NCBI GenBank assembly: GCA_024137785.1
Contig: JAHRHZ010000084.1
Span: 7,344,093 to 7,408,092, forward strand
Reading direction: 5' to 3'
Length of the DNA: 64,000 bases
DNA from: Ginglymostoma cirratum
Taxonomy: Eukaryota
Positions 28,640 through 41,848 of this stretch are shown here, one piece after another (the first letter of the stretch is position 1; each line of letters opens with the position of its first letter). Below the pieces are notes generated by a model. It was given only the letters and a program-made list of their open reading frames with translations, ran no database searches and was not told the DNA's origin. The translations under genes were made by a program, and so were the position numbers.

Positions 28640-29160
28640 TTGGCAACCCCCAGCTATCATAATCCAAGGGAAGGACCGAGACAAACGCCCTCTACCTCAG
28701 CAGCATCCCTTTAGTGCGAGCATTGTGGATGAAATCCAACGTCGACTCCAATGTGCAGGAACAGCCGACAGCCGACTGAGGAACTGAGTGTTAGAAATCC
28801 GAGATCTCAAACTTACCACCGAGCTCATTGTCTGCAGAGCAAGGGTGGTGCCCGTCCTCCCATATGCATCAAAAACATAGGCAACGAATAGCAGAAACCT
28901 CAACTCCCTGAAGAGTTATCATCAGTGCTGTCTTCGTAAAATCCGGCAAACCTATTGCCAGGAAAAGCATAGCAACATGAACGTCTTCTCCCAGGCCAAT
29001 AAACCCAGTGTCGCGGCATTGGTCACACATCGCCAGCTGCGATGGACGGCCAAGTTGTTCACATGTCTCACACATGTCTCTAAACAAGCGCTCTACTCCG
29101 AGGGCCAAGTGAGAATCGCTTGCCTTGGAATGCACATTCTGGAAAAGAAGCATCTGCCAA
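28640..29160 (+). mobile_element. RTE-clade LINE RT C-terminal fragment, decayed
   Basis: Translated remnants IVDEIQRRLQCA, YHQCCLRKI and NVFSQANKPSVAALVTHRQLRW resemble the RTE/BovB-type RT C-terminus. Confidence 0.75.
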
Positions 29161-29174
29161 GGCTATACCATTTG

Positions 29175-31770
29175 CAAGTGAGTAAAGAACCTGCCTCTGA
29201 CATCTATCTTAAATCTATCACCCCTCAATTTGCAGCTATGCCCCCTCATACTAGCCGACGTCATCATCCGAGGAAAAAGATTCTCACTGTCCCCCCTATC
29301 TAATACTCTGATCATTTTGTAGGTCTCTATTAAATCCCCTCTTAGCCTTCTTCTCTCCAATGAGAACAGACCCAAGTCCCTCAGCCTTTCCTCATAAAAC
29401 CTTCGCTCCAGACCAGGCAACATCCTGGTAAATCTCCTCCGCACCTTTTCCAATGCTTCCACATCCTTCCTGTAATGGGGCGACCAGAACTGTACGCAAT
29501 ATTCCCAGTGAGGGCGCACTAGCGTTTTGTACAGTTGCAGCATGACATTACGGCTCCGGAACTCAATCCCTCTAAAAATGAAACTTAACACACCGTATGC
29601 CTTCTTAGCAGCACTATCAACCTGGGTGGCAACTTTCAGGGATCTATGTACCTGGGCACCAAGATCCCTCTGCACATCCACACGACCAAGAATCTTTCTA
29701 TTTACCCAGTATTCTGCCTTCCTATTATTCTTCCCAAAGTGAATCACCTCACATTTATCTGCATTGAACTCTATTTGCCACCTTTCAGCCCAATTCTGCA
29801 GTTTATCCAAGTCTCCCTGCAACCTGCAACATTCTTACACACTGTCCACCACTCCACCAACTTTAGTGTCATCTGCAAACTTACTAACCCATCCACCTTT
29901 GTCTGCGTCCAAGTTATTTATAAAAATGTCAAACAGCAGTGGTCCCAAAACAGATCCTTGTGGCACACCACTAGTAACCGGACTCCAGGCTGAATATTTT
30001 CCATCAACCATCACTCTTTGCCTTCTTTCAGAAATCCAGTTTCTAATCCAAACTGCTAAATCTCCCTCAATCCCGTGCCTCCGCATTTTCTCCAATAGCC
30101 TACCATGTGGAACCTTATCAAAGGTTTTACTGAAGTCCATGTACACCACGTCAACTGCCCTACCCTCATCCACGTGCTTGGTCACCTTCTCAAAAAACTC
30201 AATGAGGTTTGTGAGACACGACCTGCCCTTGACGAATCCATGTTGACTATCTCCAATCAAATTGTTGCTTGCTGGATGATTATAAATCCTATCTCTTATA
30301 ATCCTTTCCAAAACTTTTCCTACAACAGATGTAAGGCTCACTGGTCTATAATTACCTGGGTCATCCCAACTGCCCTTCTTGAACAAGGGCACAACATTTG
30401 CTATCCTCCAGTCCTCTGGTACTAAACCTGTAGACAATGACGACTCAAAGATCAAGGCCAAAGGCTCCGCCATCTCCTCCCTAGCTTCCCAGAGAATCCT
30501 TGGAAAAATCCCATCCAGCCCAAGGGATTTATCTACCTTCACACCTTCTAGGATTGATAACACCTCCTCCTTACTAACCTCAATCCTTTCAACTCTAATA
30601 GCCCGTATGTCAGTCTTCTCCTCTACCATATTCTCCTTTTCCTGAGTGAAAACAGATGAGAAATATTTGTTTAGCACCTCTCCGATCTCCACAGGGTCCA
30701 CACACAACTTCCCACTTCTGTCTTTGACTGGCCCTATTCTTACCCTAGTCATCCTTTTATTCCCCACATACCTATAGAAAGCTTTAGGGTTCTCCTTAAT
30801 TCTACCTGCTAATGACTGCTCGTGTCCCCTCCTTGCTCTTCTTCACTCTCTCTTTAAATCCTTCCTAGCTAATCTGTAACTCTCCATCGCCTCATCTGAA
30901 CCATCTCGTCTCAATGTCGCATAAGTCTCCCTCTTCCGCTTAACAAGAGATACAATTTCTTTTGTAAACCAAGGTTCCCTTACCTTATCACTTCCTCCCT
31001 GCCTGAGAGGGACATACCTATCAAGGACACACAATATCTGTTCCTTAAACCAGCTCCACATTTCGATTGTCCCCATCCCCTGCATTTTGCTACCCCATTC
31101 TATCCCTCCTAAGTCTTGCCTAATCGCATTATAATTGCCTTTCCCCCATCTATAACTCTTGCCCAGTGGCATGTTCCTATCCCTTTCCATCGCTAAACTA
31201 AACGTAACTGAATTATGGTCACTTTCTCCAAAGTGCTCACCTACCACCAAATCAAACACCTGGCCTGGTTCATTACCAAGTACCAGATCCAGTGTGGCCT
31301 CCCCTCTTGTCGGCCCTTTGACATACTGTGTCAGGACACCCTGCTGCACACATTGGACAAAAACCGATCCATCCGACGTACTAGAGTTATAGCATTTCCA
31401 GTCAATGTTGGGGAAATTAAAGTCTCCCATAATGACCATCTTGTTCCTTTCACTCCTGCCCAGAATCGTTTTGCTGATCCTCTCCTCCACATCCCTGGAA
31501 CTTTGCGGAGGCCTATAAAAAAAACTCCCAGCAGTGTGACCTCTCCTCTCCTGTTTCTGAACTCAACCCATACCACCTCAGTAGACAAGTCCTCGTCAAA
31601 AGTTCTTTCAGCCACCGTTATACTGTCCTTGACTAACAAAGCCACACCTCCCCCTCTTTTACCACCTTCCCTGATCTTTATGACAGATCTAAACCCTGGA
31701 ACCTACAACATCCATTCCTGACTCTGCTCTATCTACATCTCCGAAATGGCCACAACATCGAAGTCCCAAA
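29175..31770 (-). mobile_element. CR1 LINE, ORF2 (APE endonuclease end plus RT) broken into 4 ORFs, truncated at both ends
   Basis: Motifs MGDFNFPNIDW, TLDLVL, SDHNSV, SGVPQGSVLGPLLF and FADDTKVGG. It stops at GRFFT without a 3' UTR or tail. Confidence 0.95.
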
Positions 31771-34056
31771 GTACGTTTACAGGTATTCACATCTGCCACT
31801 TTGATGAAAGACTGACCTATCTGCATTCATATGTAACACTTCATTACCTCCCTTATGATAAGTTCCAACATCTGTCACACTGATTAGCACAGGCATATGT
31901 GAAAGAAATTGTGCACACAATATGCCCCATTCACAAAAACAGAAAGCACACGTTTTTTTCTACAACGAAATGCTCCAATAGCTCTTCTTGAAGTGCTTTC
32001 ACTGTCACAACGCTGGGAAAGACGGCGGGCAACTAGCAAACTGAAAGAAATGACGCACAATTAGCAATGTGTATCAGTCCAAAAAATCTGAAGGTTATTT
32101 TGTTGGAAAAAATATTGGCCAGACACTGGGAGATCATGACATGGAAGCGCACTAAACTGAGAAGGCGGGGATCCATGGTATTTTATCTCTTGCTCAGAAG
32201 AACTAGCCCAGGGCCGTGTCCGTTCGGTGGATTAGCTGCGGGAGGCGCAAAGTTATAGGGATAGAGTAGGGGGTGGTGGGTCTGGGTGGGCCCACTTCGG
32301 AGGGTTGGTGTGGACAGATACGCTAAATGGCCTTCGTCCCCATTGTAGGAATTTTAAGATTCTATGACGTTTTCGTGTAACTTTATGACTTTGTGGAACA
32401 CACGGCAAATATTAAATAGAACAAAAGCTAAAAGAGTTTGCGCAGTCTCACACTTCTCCCAATCATCAGGAAGTAGCGCTAAAATTGTCTTGTCTCGAAA
32501 ATAAAGCCGGAATACACTTCATTCGTCCCCACCAACTGTTCTTCCAAACAATCGGAATATTCTTCTCTCCATCACCACCCACACGTTACTCCACTCTCCA
32601 CAGCTTCTCTTCCCCACTTGTGTGAATAATAAAACTCAAGGGTAGTGCCTGGAACAAGTAGTTTAGATGCTTTTGACTGGAAGCTAGTCAAAACTGGAAG
32701 CTAGAATGATTGTTTTGGATGAATAAACATGCGAGGAATATCGAGGGAAACAAAGAAATGGAGACTGTTTTCACTAAAAGATCTGCCTCCATAATTTTGG
32801 TTTTACACAAAAAAAATTGATGTAAAATTTACTTTGTTTTCATAGTTGATCATTATCCCTCATTTGAAAGCTATCTACAACGAAAATGTAACCCTGATAC
32901 AACCCTGGAATGGAAAAAAAAATCCCAACGTCAACCATGCAAATGCTGTCGATTTTCATCAAACCAAACAAGCAATATTCCCCATTGCAAAGGCAGTTGA
33001 GAGTCAACCACATTAATGTGTATCTGAAGACACGCTTCGGCCATATCAGAAAAAGCAAGTAGATTTCCTTCCCAAAAGGACATTAGTGAACCATATTGTA
33101 CTTCTGGGCTCTCAATGTTACTTGCCACTTATAAGCCCAAGACTGAAAGGTGTTTTGGCATTGCTGCGTTTGGACATGTCCAAATTCAGTTTCTGAGAAG
33201 TTGTAAGTATTAACAACTATTCAGCAATTATCAGTAAACATGTGCACTTTTAATTTTATGCTGCAGGGAAGATTATTAAGAAGTAGGTGAGATGGTTGGG
33301 CCAGAACATTGGCCTGTCCTGCTGCAATATCCTGGGTTCTGAAATAATTGACAGACAAGAAAAAACGCAATGATCTTCCCTGTGGCAAGTATAAATCCAA
33401 TCAATGGAGAGTTATATTTACTTTTTACGCCACTCCACTGTGTCTGATTCCCATTGACTTTGCAGTTTGGGTTTCCTTCAGACCATCCATGGTCAATGGC
33501 TGTCTTTATATCAAGCGCAGTAGCTCTCATCTCACCTGCGGCTCTGAGACGATGCTTGGGCAAAGCTCAAATGTGCTCCAAGCAAGAGTAGATTTGATGA
33601 AATTCACCTTGAACCTCAGTGCGCAGATTGTTGTTGTGTTAATCTCACCTGATAGCACTGTTTATGACACCTTTCAGCTCGTTGCTGAAGATAAGGAGTG
33701 GGCTGATGGAGCATTATTTGTCCAGAATTGATTTCTTCTGTTTTTGTCTTAGAGCAGAGGATATTTAAATGGATTACCTTTCAAATTGTTGGGTAGATAC
33801 CACTGATGTGGTCATGTTGAAACAGTTTGGCTCGGGCCCTTACATATCCTGGAACACCAGTCTTTCGTGTTAATGTAAGGGGGTTGCCACACACCATCAT
33901 TCTTCCCACTGGCTGTGGAAAGGTACGTTTCAAACAACTGAGATACTGACAACCCGGTCTTGTGGAATAGAAGCTCCGTTCCAAGATAAATATCATGAGC
34001 GTCTTCCATTTTTTCATGAAAATGCCTGGAGAGAATAATTGATTTGTATATTTGCT

Positions 34057-35524
34057 AGAATTGCTAATGTTATCCCCTTGTTTATGAAGGGTAGCAAGGA
34101 TAATCCAGGTAATCCAGGTAATCCAGGTGGTGAGTCTGACGTCAGTGGTGGGGAATCTGCTGGAGAAGATACTGAGGGATAGGATCTACTTATATTTGGA
34201 AGAAAGTGGGCTTATTAGCGATAGGCAGCATGGTTTTGTTCAGGGAAGGCCATGTCTTACCAACTTGGTAGAATTCTTTGAGGAAGTGACAAAGTTAATA
34301 GATGAGGGAAGGGCTGGATATGTCATATACATGGACTTAAGTAAGGTGCTTGATAAGGTTCCACATGGTAGGCTGATGGAGAAAGTAAAGTAGCATGGGG
34401 TCCGGGGTGTACTAGCTAGATGGATAGAGAACTGGCTGGGAAATAGGAGACAGAGAGTTGTAGTGGAATGGAGTTTCCCAAAATGGAGAACTGTGACCAG
34501 TGGTGTTCCACAGGGATCTGCATTGGGAGCACTGTTGTTTGTGATATACATAAATGATCTGGAGGAAGATATAGATGGTCTGATTAGCAAGTTTGCAGAT
34601 GACACTAAGATTAGTGGAGTAGCAGATAGTGAAGGGGACTGTCAGAGAAGGCAGCAGAATATAGATAGATTGGAGAGTTGGGCGGAGAAATGGCAGAAGG
34701 GGTTCAATCCAGGCAAATGCGAGGAGATGAATTTTGGAAGATCCAATTCAAGAGCGAACTATATGGTAAATGGAAAAGCCCTGGAGAAAATTGATGCACA
34801 GAGAGATCTGGGTGTTCAGGTCCATGGTACCCTGAAGGTGGCAAAGCAGGTGGATAGAGTAGTCAAGAAGGCATACGGCATGCTTTCATTCATCGGATGG
34901 GGTATTGAGTACAAGAGTTGGTAGGTCATGTTACAGTTGTATAGGACTTTGGTTCGACCACATTTGGAATACTGCGTACAGTATTCTGGTCGCCACATTA
35001 ACAAAAGGATGTGAATACTTTGGGGAGAGTGCAGAGGAGGTTCACCAGGATGTTGCCTGTTATGGAGGGTGCTAGCTATGAAGAGAGGTTGAGTAGATTA
35101 GGATTATTTACATTAGAAAGACGGAAGTCGAGGGGGAACCTGATTGAGGTCTACAAAATCTTAAGCGGTATAGACAGGGTGGATAGCAAAAAGCTTTTTC
35201 CCAGACTGGGGGACTCAATTACTAGGGGTCACGATTTCAAGGTGAGAGGGGAAAAGTTTAAGGGAGATATGCATGGAAAGTTCTTTACGCGGAGGGTGGT
35301 GGGTGCCTGGAATGAATTGCCAGCGGAGGTGGTAAAGGCGGGCACGATAGTGTCATTTAAGGTGTATCTAGACAGATACATGAATGGGCAGGAGGCAGAG
35401 GGAGACAGATCATTGGAATATAGGCGATAGATTTAGATAGAGGACCTGGATCTGCATAGGCTTGGAGGGTCGAAGGGCCTCTTCCTGAGCTGTAATTTTC
35501 TTTCTTCTTTGTTCTTTGTTCTAT
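34057..35524 (+). mobile_element. CR1 LINE, 5'-truncated, with (TTCTTTG)n tail
   Basis: ORFs 34127-35430 contain QHGFVQGRPCLTNL, SGVPQGSALG and FADDTKISG. A local (TAATCCAGG)3 duplication lies at about 34101-34128. Confidence 0.95.
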
Positions 35525-38500
35525 ATACGATGCACCGTTGGACTTTTGCAGGTGTTCATTGAGGAGTCAGGTCAGGGTTGGGCCATTTGAGGAGGACACT
35601 CATTCTTCGTGGTCAAAATGCCACTGCACCGTCGCTTTTCAGCATAAATTGTCTCAAATCCATTGCATTACTGTACACTTCAGGAAACTTGTATTCATGT
35701 TTTTATCCAAGAACAGACCCGAACGCAGTTTAATTCTATGACATGCAGTCCTGTGCTGTTAATTAGTTCAGATGTCATGGCTTCTACATTTATGCTTCTG
35801 CAGTCTTAAATAACCCTCTTGAAGATGAAACTGTGAGGAAAATTTGAAATAATAGAATTACTCACATTTTATTATTGCAAGAAGCTAGGAGATTTCGATG
35901 AAAGTAAAGATCCTGGGGTGTATGCCCATTTTGTGAGGATGGCAGCACAACTGAAACGGTAACATGTATTTTAGACGTCATTAAGAGATGGTGCATAAAG
36001 AAAGGAAGTTGCACAAAACATATGTTAAGAGCTATTTAGGCCTCAGTTGGAGTGTTATGTACAAACCTGTAGCCACCCTTAACGTAGAGTTACACGAAAA
36101 TGGAAACACTGTAGTAGACGTTTGCTACAATGAAAACGGGGTCGTGGGATATACTCCCGTGGAGAGATTGGAGAAGTTAATGCTTTTTTCTCGTTAGAGT
36201 CGAGCAGGATGAGGTGAATGTTGTTGGAGTTCAGATTTCACAACAGTTTTAAAAGACAAATTAAAGAAACTGTTCCTAGTTCGTGAATGCTCGGAAAACA
36301 ATAATAAAAAATTAAGGCGATTGACAAAAGCACTACAGGCTACTGAGAAGAAGTGGGGTACAAAGCAGTACTGCCCCGTTGTTGCCCATTTTCAAAATGT
36401 GCCTGGATCAAATGGACGGCAGTGACGAACAGAACTCCTGAATGATAGGCACCTACAGGCCTAGAGCAAAACCATGAAAAGACTGAACAGATTTGCAAAC
36501 TACGAGATATTGGGCACTCTGAATAACCAAAGTCCCACTTCTCTGTTTGTTGGGGTCCTGATAAGAGTCACCGGACTCGAAACGTGAACACTGCTTTCTT
36601 CCCACAAGATGCTGCTCGAGCTTGAATTTCTCCGCAATTTCTGTTCTTGTTCCCACTTGCATTGTTAACTTTTAACTATTATCAGCAAAATGATGATCGC
36701 TTTATTCGGCTTCTCCTCGCACTTCCATCTGGAAATGTCAACGGACAGCGTGAATAATATTTGCTGCCTTTCAGGCTGCTAGATTAATAGCTGTAACTGT
36801 GAACATGGGTCTGGAATTTCACATCTGTCATGAGTAAAAGTAATATTGTCCTCGGCAGGTTTGGACTGAAGAAAGCGAAGTGAGCAGAATGATTAATTCT
36901 AATTGCCGTTCCAGTGATTTCAGCTTGAGATCGTAATGTATTTGTAAATCGCAGCCTAAATATTTTCCCAAACGCACTGACCTGCATGTAAGTGAATGCT
37001 TTAGGTGAAGTACTGAAGACATGGCGATGCCTGCGAACTGAATCATTATTTTCAGACCAAGCCAAGACTTGGAAGTTGTTGCTGACATAGTATTCGAAAG
37101 CAGTGTACCAGTAGTGTCAGAAACCCATTGTGTTCAGACGGAAAATGTTCAACCAGCAGTGAGCAAGGAACCTTCCACTTCCATTGTGAGACTCAGTACA
37201 ATGCGTTTTAAGACAATTGAAAATGGCACCATCTGACTAGCTTTTAATTCCTGGTTGAATTTAATTCGAGTACACTATCATGTACGACTTTAAGCTCCTG
37301 TCCCAAAGCATTGATCCAGATCTCTGGGTTACGAGGGCAATGACAATACAAAGCACCATGCCTTCTCTTTGGTAGAGAAATGTCAAGCAATATACCTTGG
37401 TTTGAGAAACAAGAAAAGTGGCGCAAACAGATGCAAAGTCGTTAAAGATGGCACTGTAAATTGAAATAATTGTTGAAAGGCATAAAGGATCCTTGGTATT
37501 ACAAATAAATTTTAGAGATAGAAACACGAAAGGAACATCTCCGATTTGGGCGTTACACGTTTGGTTGTGATCTGCGGTACACCGCCTGAAAGGGTGTTGG
37601 AGGCAGATACATTTTCATTTGTGGAATTTGAACGGGAATTTCATGATACTTTCAGGATAGTGATAACAACATAACCGTGAGACTAGCTGGGTAGCTAGTG
37701 AGCCCGTAATGTCGGTTTGAGTGGACATTTTTGGTAGCGTATCCATTCAATTGAAACTTTAAGACCAGGCCAATCAGCGTATTAAATCCAATCCGCCATT
37801 CTATGAACTCACCGCTGTTCTGATCATTCATATTGTGATATCAATAAAACCCAGTCATGGTATGAAAAAAGTGTCATTCCTCGCTTCTTCCATTTGAAAA
37901 GATTATTTGGCTAAAAAGCTGCAGAATCTGAAACCTCTGGACAGTGATAATATATAGAGTATTCTCATGCAGGATTTCGAGTCTGAACCAGTCACGATAT
38001 CTGGCTAGATTATGTATAAACATGAGACATATTCTGCTTATGGGTGTCTTCTCAATTATTATTCGTAAAATAAGATATATTTTGAAATATTCACAATATG
38101 GTCTATTTGGAAATACACACAAAATATTCAGTGCTAGAAAAACTTCATTATTTCAGTCGGGGTGCAGGGATTCCGTGACATACAGCAGTCTACTGTCTCC
38201 AATTGACTTACTCAGGAATTCAACAGCGGTTAAATCTAATTCCACTCCATGATCTCATTCAGAACATTATCCCTGACCCCATTCATGTTAGCAGGCCTGG
38301 GAGATTCAATCTCTTTGATTATCAGTTCAGCATATTCCAAATATTTTGTTATGGGCATGAAACACTTCAACGCTAAAATTAAAAAATAAAGAGCATATGT
38401 ATTGTCCCTGTACGAATGTAACAACATCACGGATACAGTCAATGAGGACGTACTCTATAAAAGTTATTGCTATGCCGTTTCAAGATCAGTAACAATTAGC

Positions 38501-40174
38501 TGACGGAAATTGTCGTGCAGCTTAGTTCTTCACCTCCGAAATTTCTGTAGCAATTGTGGGAAGCATAACAAAAAAATTGTGGCACTCGTTGTGCCTGTGT
38601 AAGGAGATTCATCTTTGCTCCAATGATATCTATTTTTACATCTTCAGGAGTTCTTTATTGTAAGTCTGCACAAGCACAACACTGTAATACTCACATGTGA
38701 ATAACTCGTCAATTACTGGGATTTCATGAGAGGAAACAATTGAGCTGATCAATCATTCTTCAACAATCAATTTGCCAGCCGAACTATGCTGCCTCAGATC
38801 GAGCCAAAACTAATTCCACTTGTCGATTGCAATATTAAATATCCCACAGCTGTGGTTAGTTTTTATGATGGGCCATTTATTAGTATAAGTTCCAGGACTC
38901 TGTCCCGATGTTAGGTTGCCTTGCGTTTCCGAGCAACACTTGTCACCTCAGGGGTTGTTGTGCTACAGTATTAGTATCCCCACTTCCGAGGCAACAGACC
39001 ACAGTGCAAATCCCGATAGTTCTTGTAGTGGATTGCAGCATCTCTAAACGGAATGAGTAGAAAATACCAAGACTTGCCAACTTTCCCACTCCCCATAAAT
39101 TGAACAACGAGGATTCCCTCAAGGGTAATTAGGGATGAACAGCCATTCTTTCTTCCCTTAATCGTTGTAAACTATTTTTAAAAGGCAAGCAGAGGAACTG
39201 AATCACATTTTAGTGATTACAAAGAGACGAGAGATTCAATTGAAAGTAAACGTCTGGGGTGTGTTTACAATAATTTGAAGGTGGGGGGACAAGTTGAGTT
39301 ATACTAAACATGAACTATCCTCAGCCTGGAGTCTTATGCTCAACCCTGAGGGATGTCAAGACCTTAGAGGATACTTATTGGAATGATATTAGGGCTGAAG
39401 AACTTCAGTCATGAAGAGAAAGTGGTTCTCTTCTCCTTAACAGAGTCATATACATAGAATCATATATCACAGAAACAGGCCGTTAGGTCCACCGAGTCAA
39501 TGCTGTACATAATCCTAAACTGACATAGTCCCACCTGCACACACGTGGCACATATCCCTCGAAACCTTGCCTATTCATGTACTTATCCAAATGTCTTTTA
39601 GACATTTTAATTGGATCCACATCCAACACTTCCTCAAGAAGTTCATTCCACACTCAAACCAACCGTTGTAATAAAAAAGATGTCCCTCGTGTTTTTTTTA
39701 ATCTTTCTCCTGACACCTTAAAAATGTGCCGCCCAGTTTGCAAATCTCCCACCCTAATGAAAGGACAAATACCACTCATTTTATCTATCCTCTAATCATT
39801 TTATACACTTCCATCACGCCGCTCTCCATCAAGAAGGTTTGCTGCATTCATGCTTGTGAAAAGTTTTGATGGCATAAACTGCCATAAAAGTATTGATTGC
39901 ATAAACTACTGAAATAAGCTGCGTCCTTTCAAATAGACAGTTATTGGACAGATTGTTTAAAAACAACACCCAGAGGCGTTTCACCTTCACAGTAGCATTG
40001 AGTTCTGGCCGAGACTTTCGTGCCGAGGAACGACTCCTCTGATGCTGGTTACCACCGAGATTCCTCAATGTGTTTTGTCTACTAATTCAGGTCTACCAAT
40101 TCAAATAATTTAGTCACAAAACTACCAGCTGCAACACGCTTAACGCTGACGAAACCTGGTCTTACTTTCACAAA

Positions 40175-40426
40175 ATAAAAACCGAAAGAACTGCGGATTC
40201 TGTAAATCAGGAACAAAAACAGAGTTGCTGGAAAAGCCCAGCAGGTCTGGCAGCATCTGTGCAGGAAAAAAAAACAGACTTAACGGTTCGAGTCCGGTGA
40301 CCCTTCCTCAGAACTGGTTCTGCGTTCTGAGGAAGGGTCACCGAACCCGAAACGTTAATTCTGCTTTTTTTTTTTCCTTCACAGACGCTGCCAGACCTGC
40401 TGGGCTTCTCCAGCAACTCTTTTTTT
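40175..40426. repeat. Long inverted repeat (hairpin) of Penelope-type terminal repeats
   Basis: 40217-40314 is close to the reverse complement of 40324-40426, with a 9-nt spacer. Confidence 0.88.
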
Positions 40427-40489
40427 ACTGTAACAAAAGTTCCCTTTCTCCTTCCATTTGGTTAAATGGGGCTGTTCTAAGAGATAAAA

Positions 40490-41102
40490 GGTACTGCAGA
40501 TGCTGGAGAATCCGAGATAACAAGGCGTGGGGCTGGATGAACACAGCAGGCCAAGCAGCATCACAGGAGCAGGAATACTTGACATTTCGGGCCTAGACCC
40601 TTCATCAGAAANNNNNNNNNNNNNNNNNNNNNNNNNNNNNNNNNNNNNNNNNNNNNNNNNNNNNNNNNNNNNNNNNNNNNNNNNNNNNNNNNNNNNNNNN
40701 NNNNNNNNNNNNNNNNNNNNNNNNNNNNNNNNNNNNNNNNNNNNNNNNNNNNNNNNNNNNNNNNNNNNNNNNNNNNNNNNNNNNNNNNNNNNNNNNNNNN
40801 NNNNNNNNNNNNNNNNNNNNNNNNNNNNNNNNNNNNNNNNNNNNNNNNNNNNNNNNNNNNNNNNNNNNNNNNNNNNNNNNNNNNNNNNNNNNNNNNNNNN
40901 NNNNNNNNNNNNNNNNNNNNNNNNNNNNNNNNNNNNNNNNNNNNNNNNNNNNNNNNNNNNNNNNNNNNNNNNNNNNNNNNNNNNNNNNNNNNNNNNNNNN
41001 NNNNNNNNNNNATGAAGGGTCTAGGCCCGAAATGTCAAGTTTTCCTGCTCCTGTGATGCTGCTTGGCCTGCTGTGTTCATCCAGCCCCACGCCTTGTTAT
41101 CT
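40490..41102. repeat. Near-identical inverted repeats flanking the assembly gap (young Penelope-type element)
   Basis: About 40515-40605 is the reverse complement of 41012-41102, with only about 2 mismatches. Confidence 0.88.
40612..41011. other. Assembly gap (N run)
   Basis: Run of n characters; the true size is unknown. Confidence 0.99.
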
Positions 41103-41793
41103 GGGGCTTTTCTAAGCTTGTTTCTCCTCGCACTTCCATCTCCAGGTATCGCCAAACACAGTGTTGGGGATATAACTTGTGTATCATGTGGACTAACAGC
41201 TTCAACTGAAAAATAATTGGAAATGTCTTTCTGTTTTTTACCTCCAGCCAAAATAAAGTTCAAACTGTCCTCATCAGCTCTGAAGTGGAGAACTGGAGAT
41301 GAATATAATTATCAATCCAGTGATTGCTGCTGCAAAACCCATATGTTTGAAGGTTGTTAAAGATGACGGTGGTATGAAACTCAGAGATCCCAGGATAAGC
41401 AGTTGCTTACGTGAAGACGAACAGCTTAGATAAAGAAGCTGGAGTACTGCAGCCAGAAGTGATATTTTCAGCAGTAAGCTAACACTAAAAGGCAAGTGTT
41501 GATAAAGGAGGTTTTTGCAACACAACCTGGTGACTGAAAACAGAACAAAACCGCTGATCTTCAGATTGAAACATTTCAGCAGTGCGTTAGGATGGGTTCT
41601 CTGACTAACGAACCCCCACGGAACAGTACAAACACATCGAATAAGCCACATCAGTCATGTGGTATCGCATGTTATGGTCTCATGTTTAATATTTCTACCT
41701 ATGAAACTCATTTGTTCCTACTCCCCCACCCGGCCGGTCAGAATACTGCCCTCGTTTACATCAAGCAGCCCACTCTTTTATCTCATTTGCAAA

Positions 41794-41848
41794 ATGTTGG
41801 TGAGAGCAACAATTCTGTTCATGGCTTTTCTGGGTATGACATGTTCAG
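41794..41848 (+). CDS. Gene B exon 1, signal peptide MLVRATILFMAFLGMTCS
   Basis: ATG in AAAATG context, hydrophobic 18-mer, and phase-1 donor TCAG|GTACTC. A 208-nt intron follows before the V exon, and the splice creates GAC (Asp) in frame. Confidence 0.8.

Noticed and set aside
29527-31721. Plus-strand ORFs of 70-170 aa
   Set aside because: Antisense shadows of the minus-strand CR1 ORF2.
40527-41090. Long ORFs across the N run
   Set aside because: Artefacts of the assembly gap.
41785-41793. Octamer-like ATTTGCAA next to the gene B ATG
   Set aside because: It is a mismatch to ATTTGCAT and abuts the start codon rather than sitting in a promoter position.
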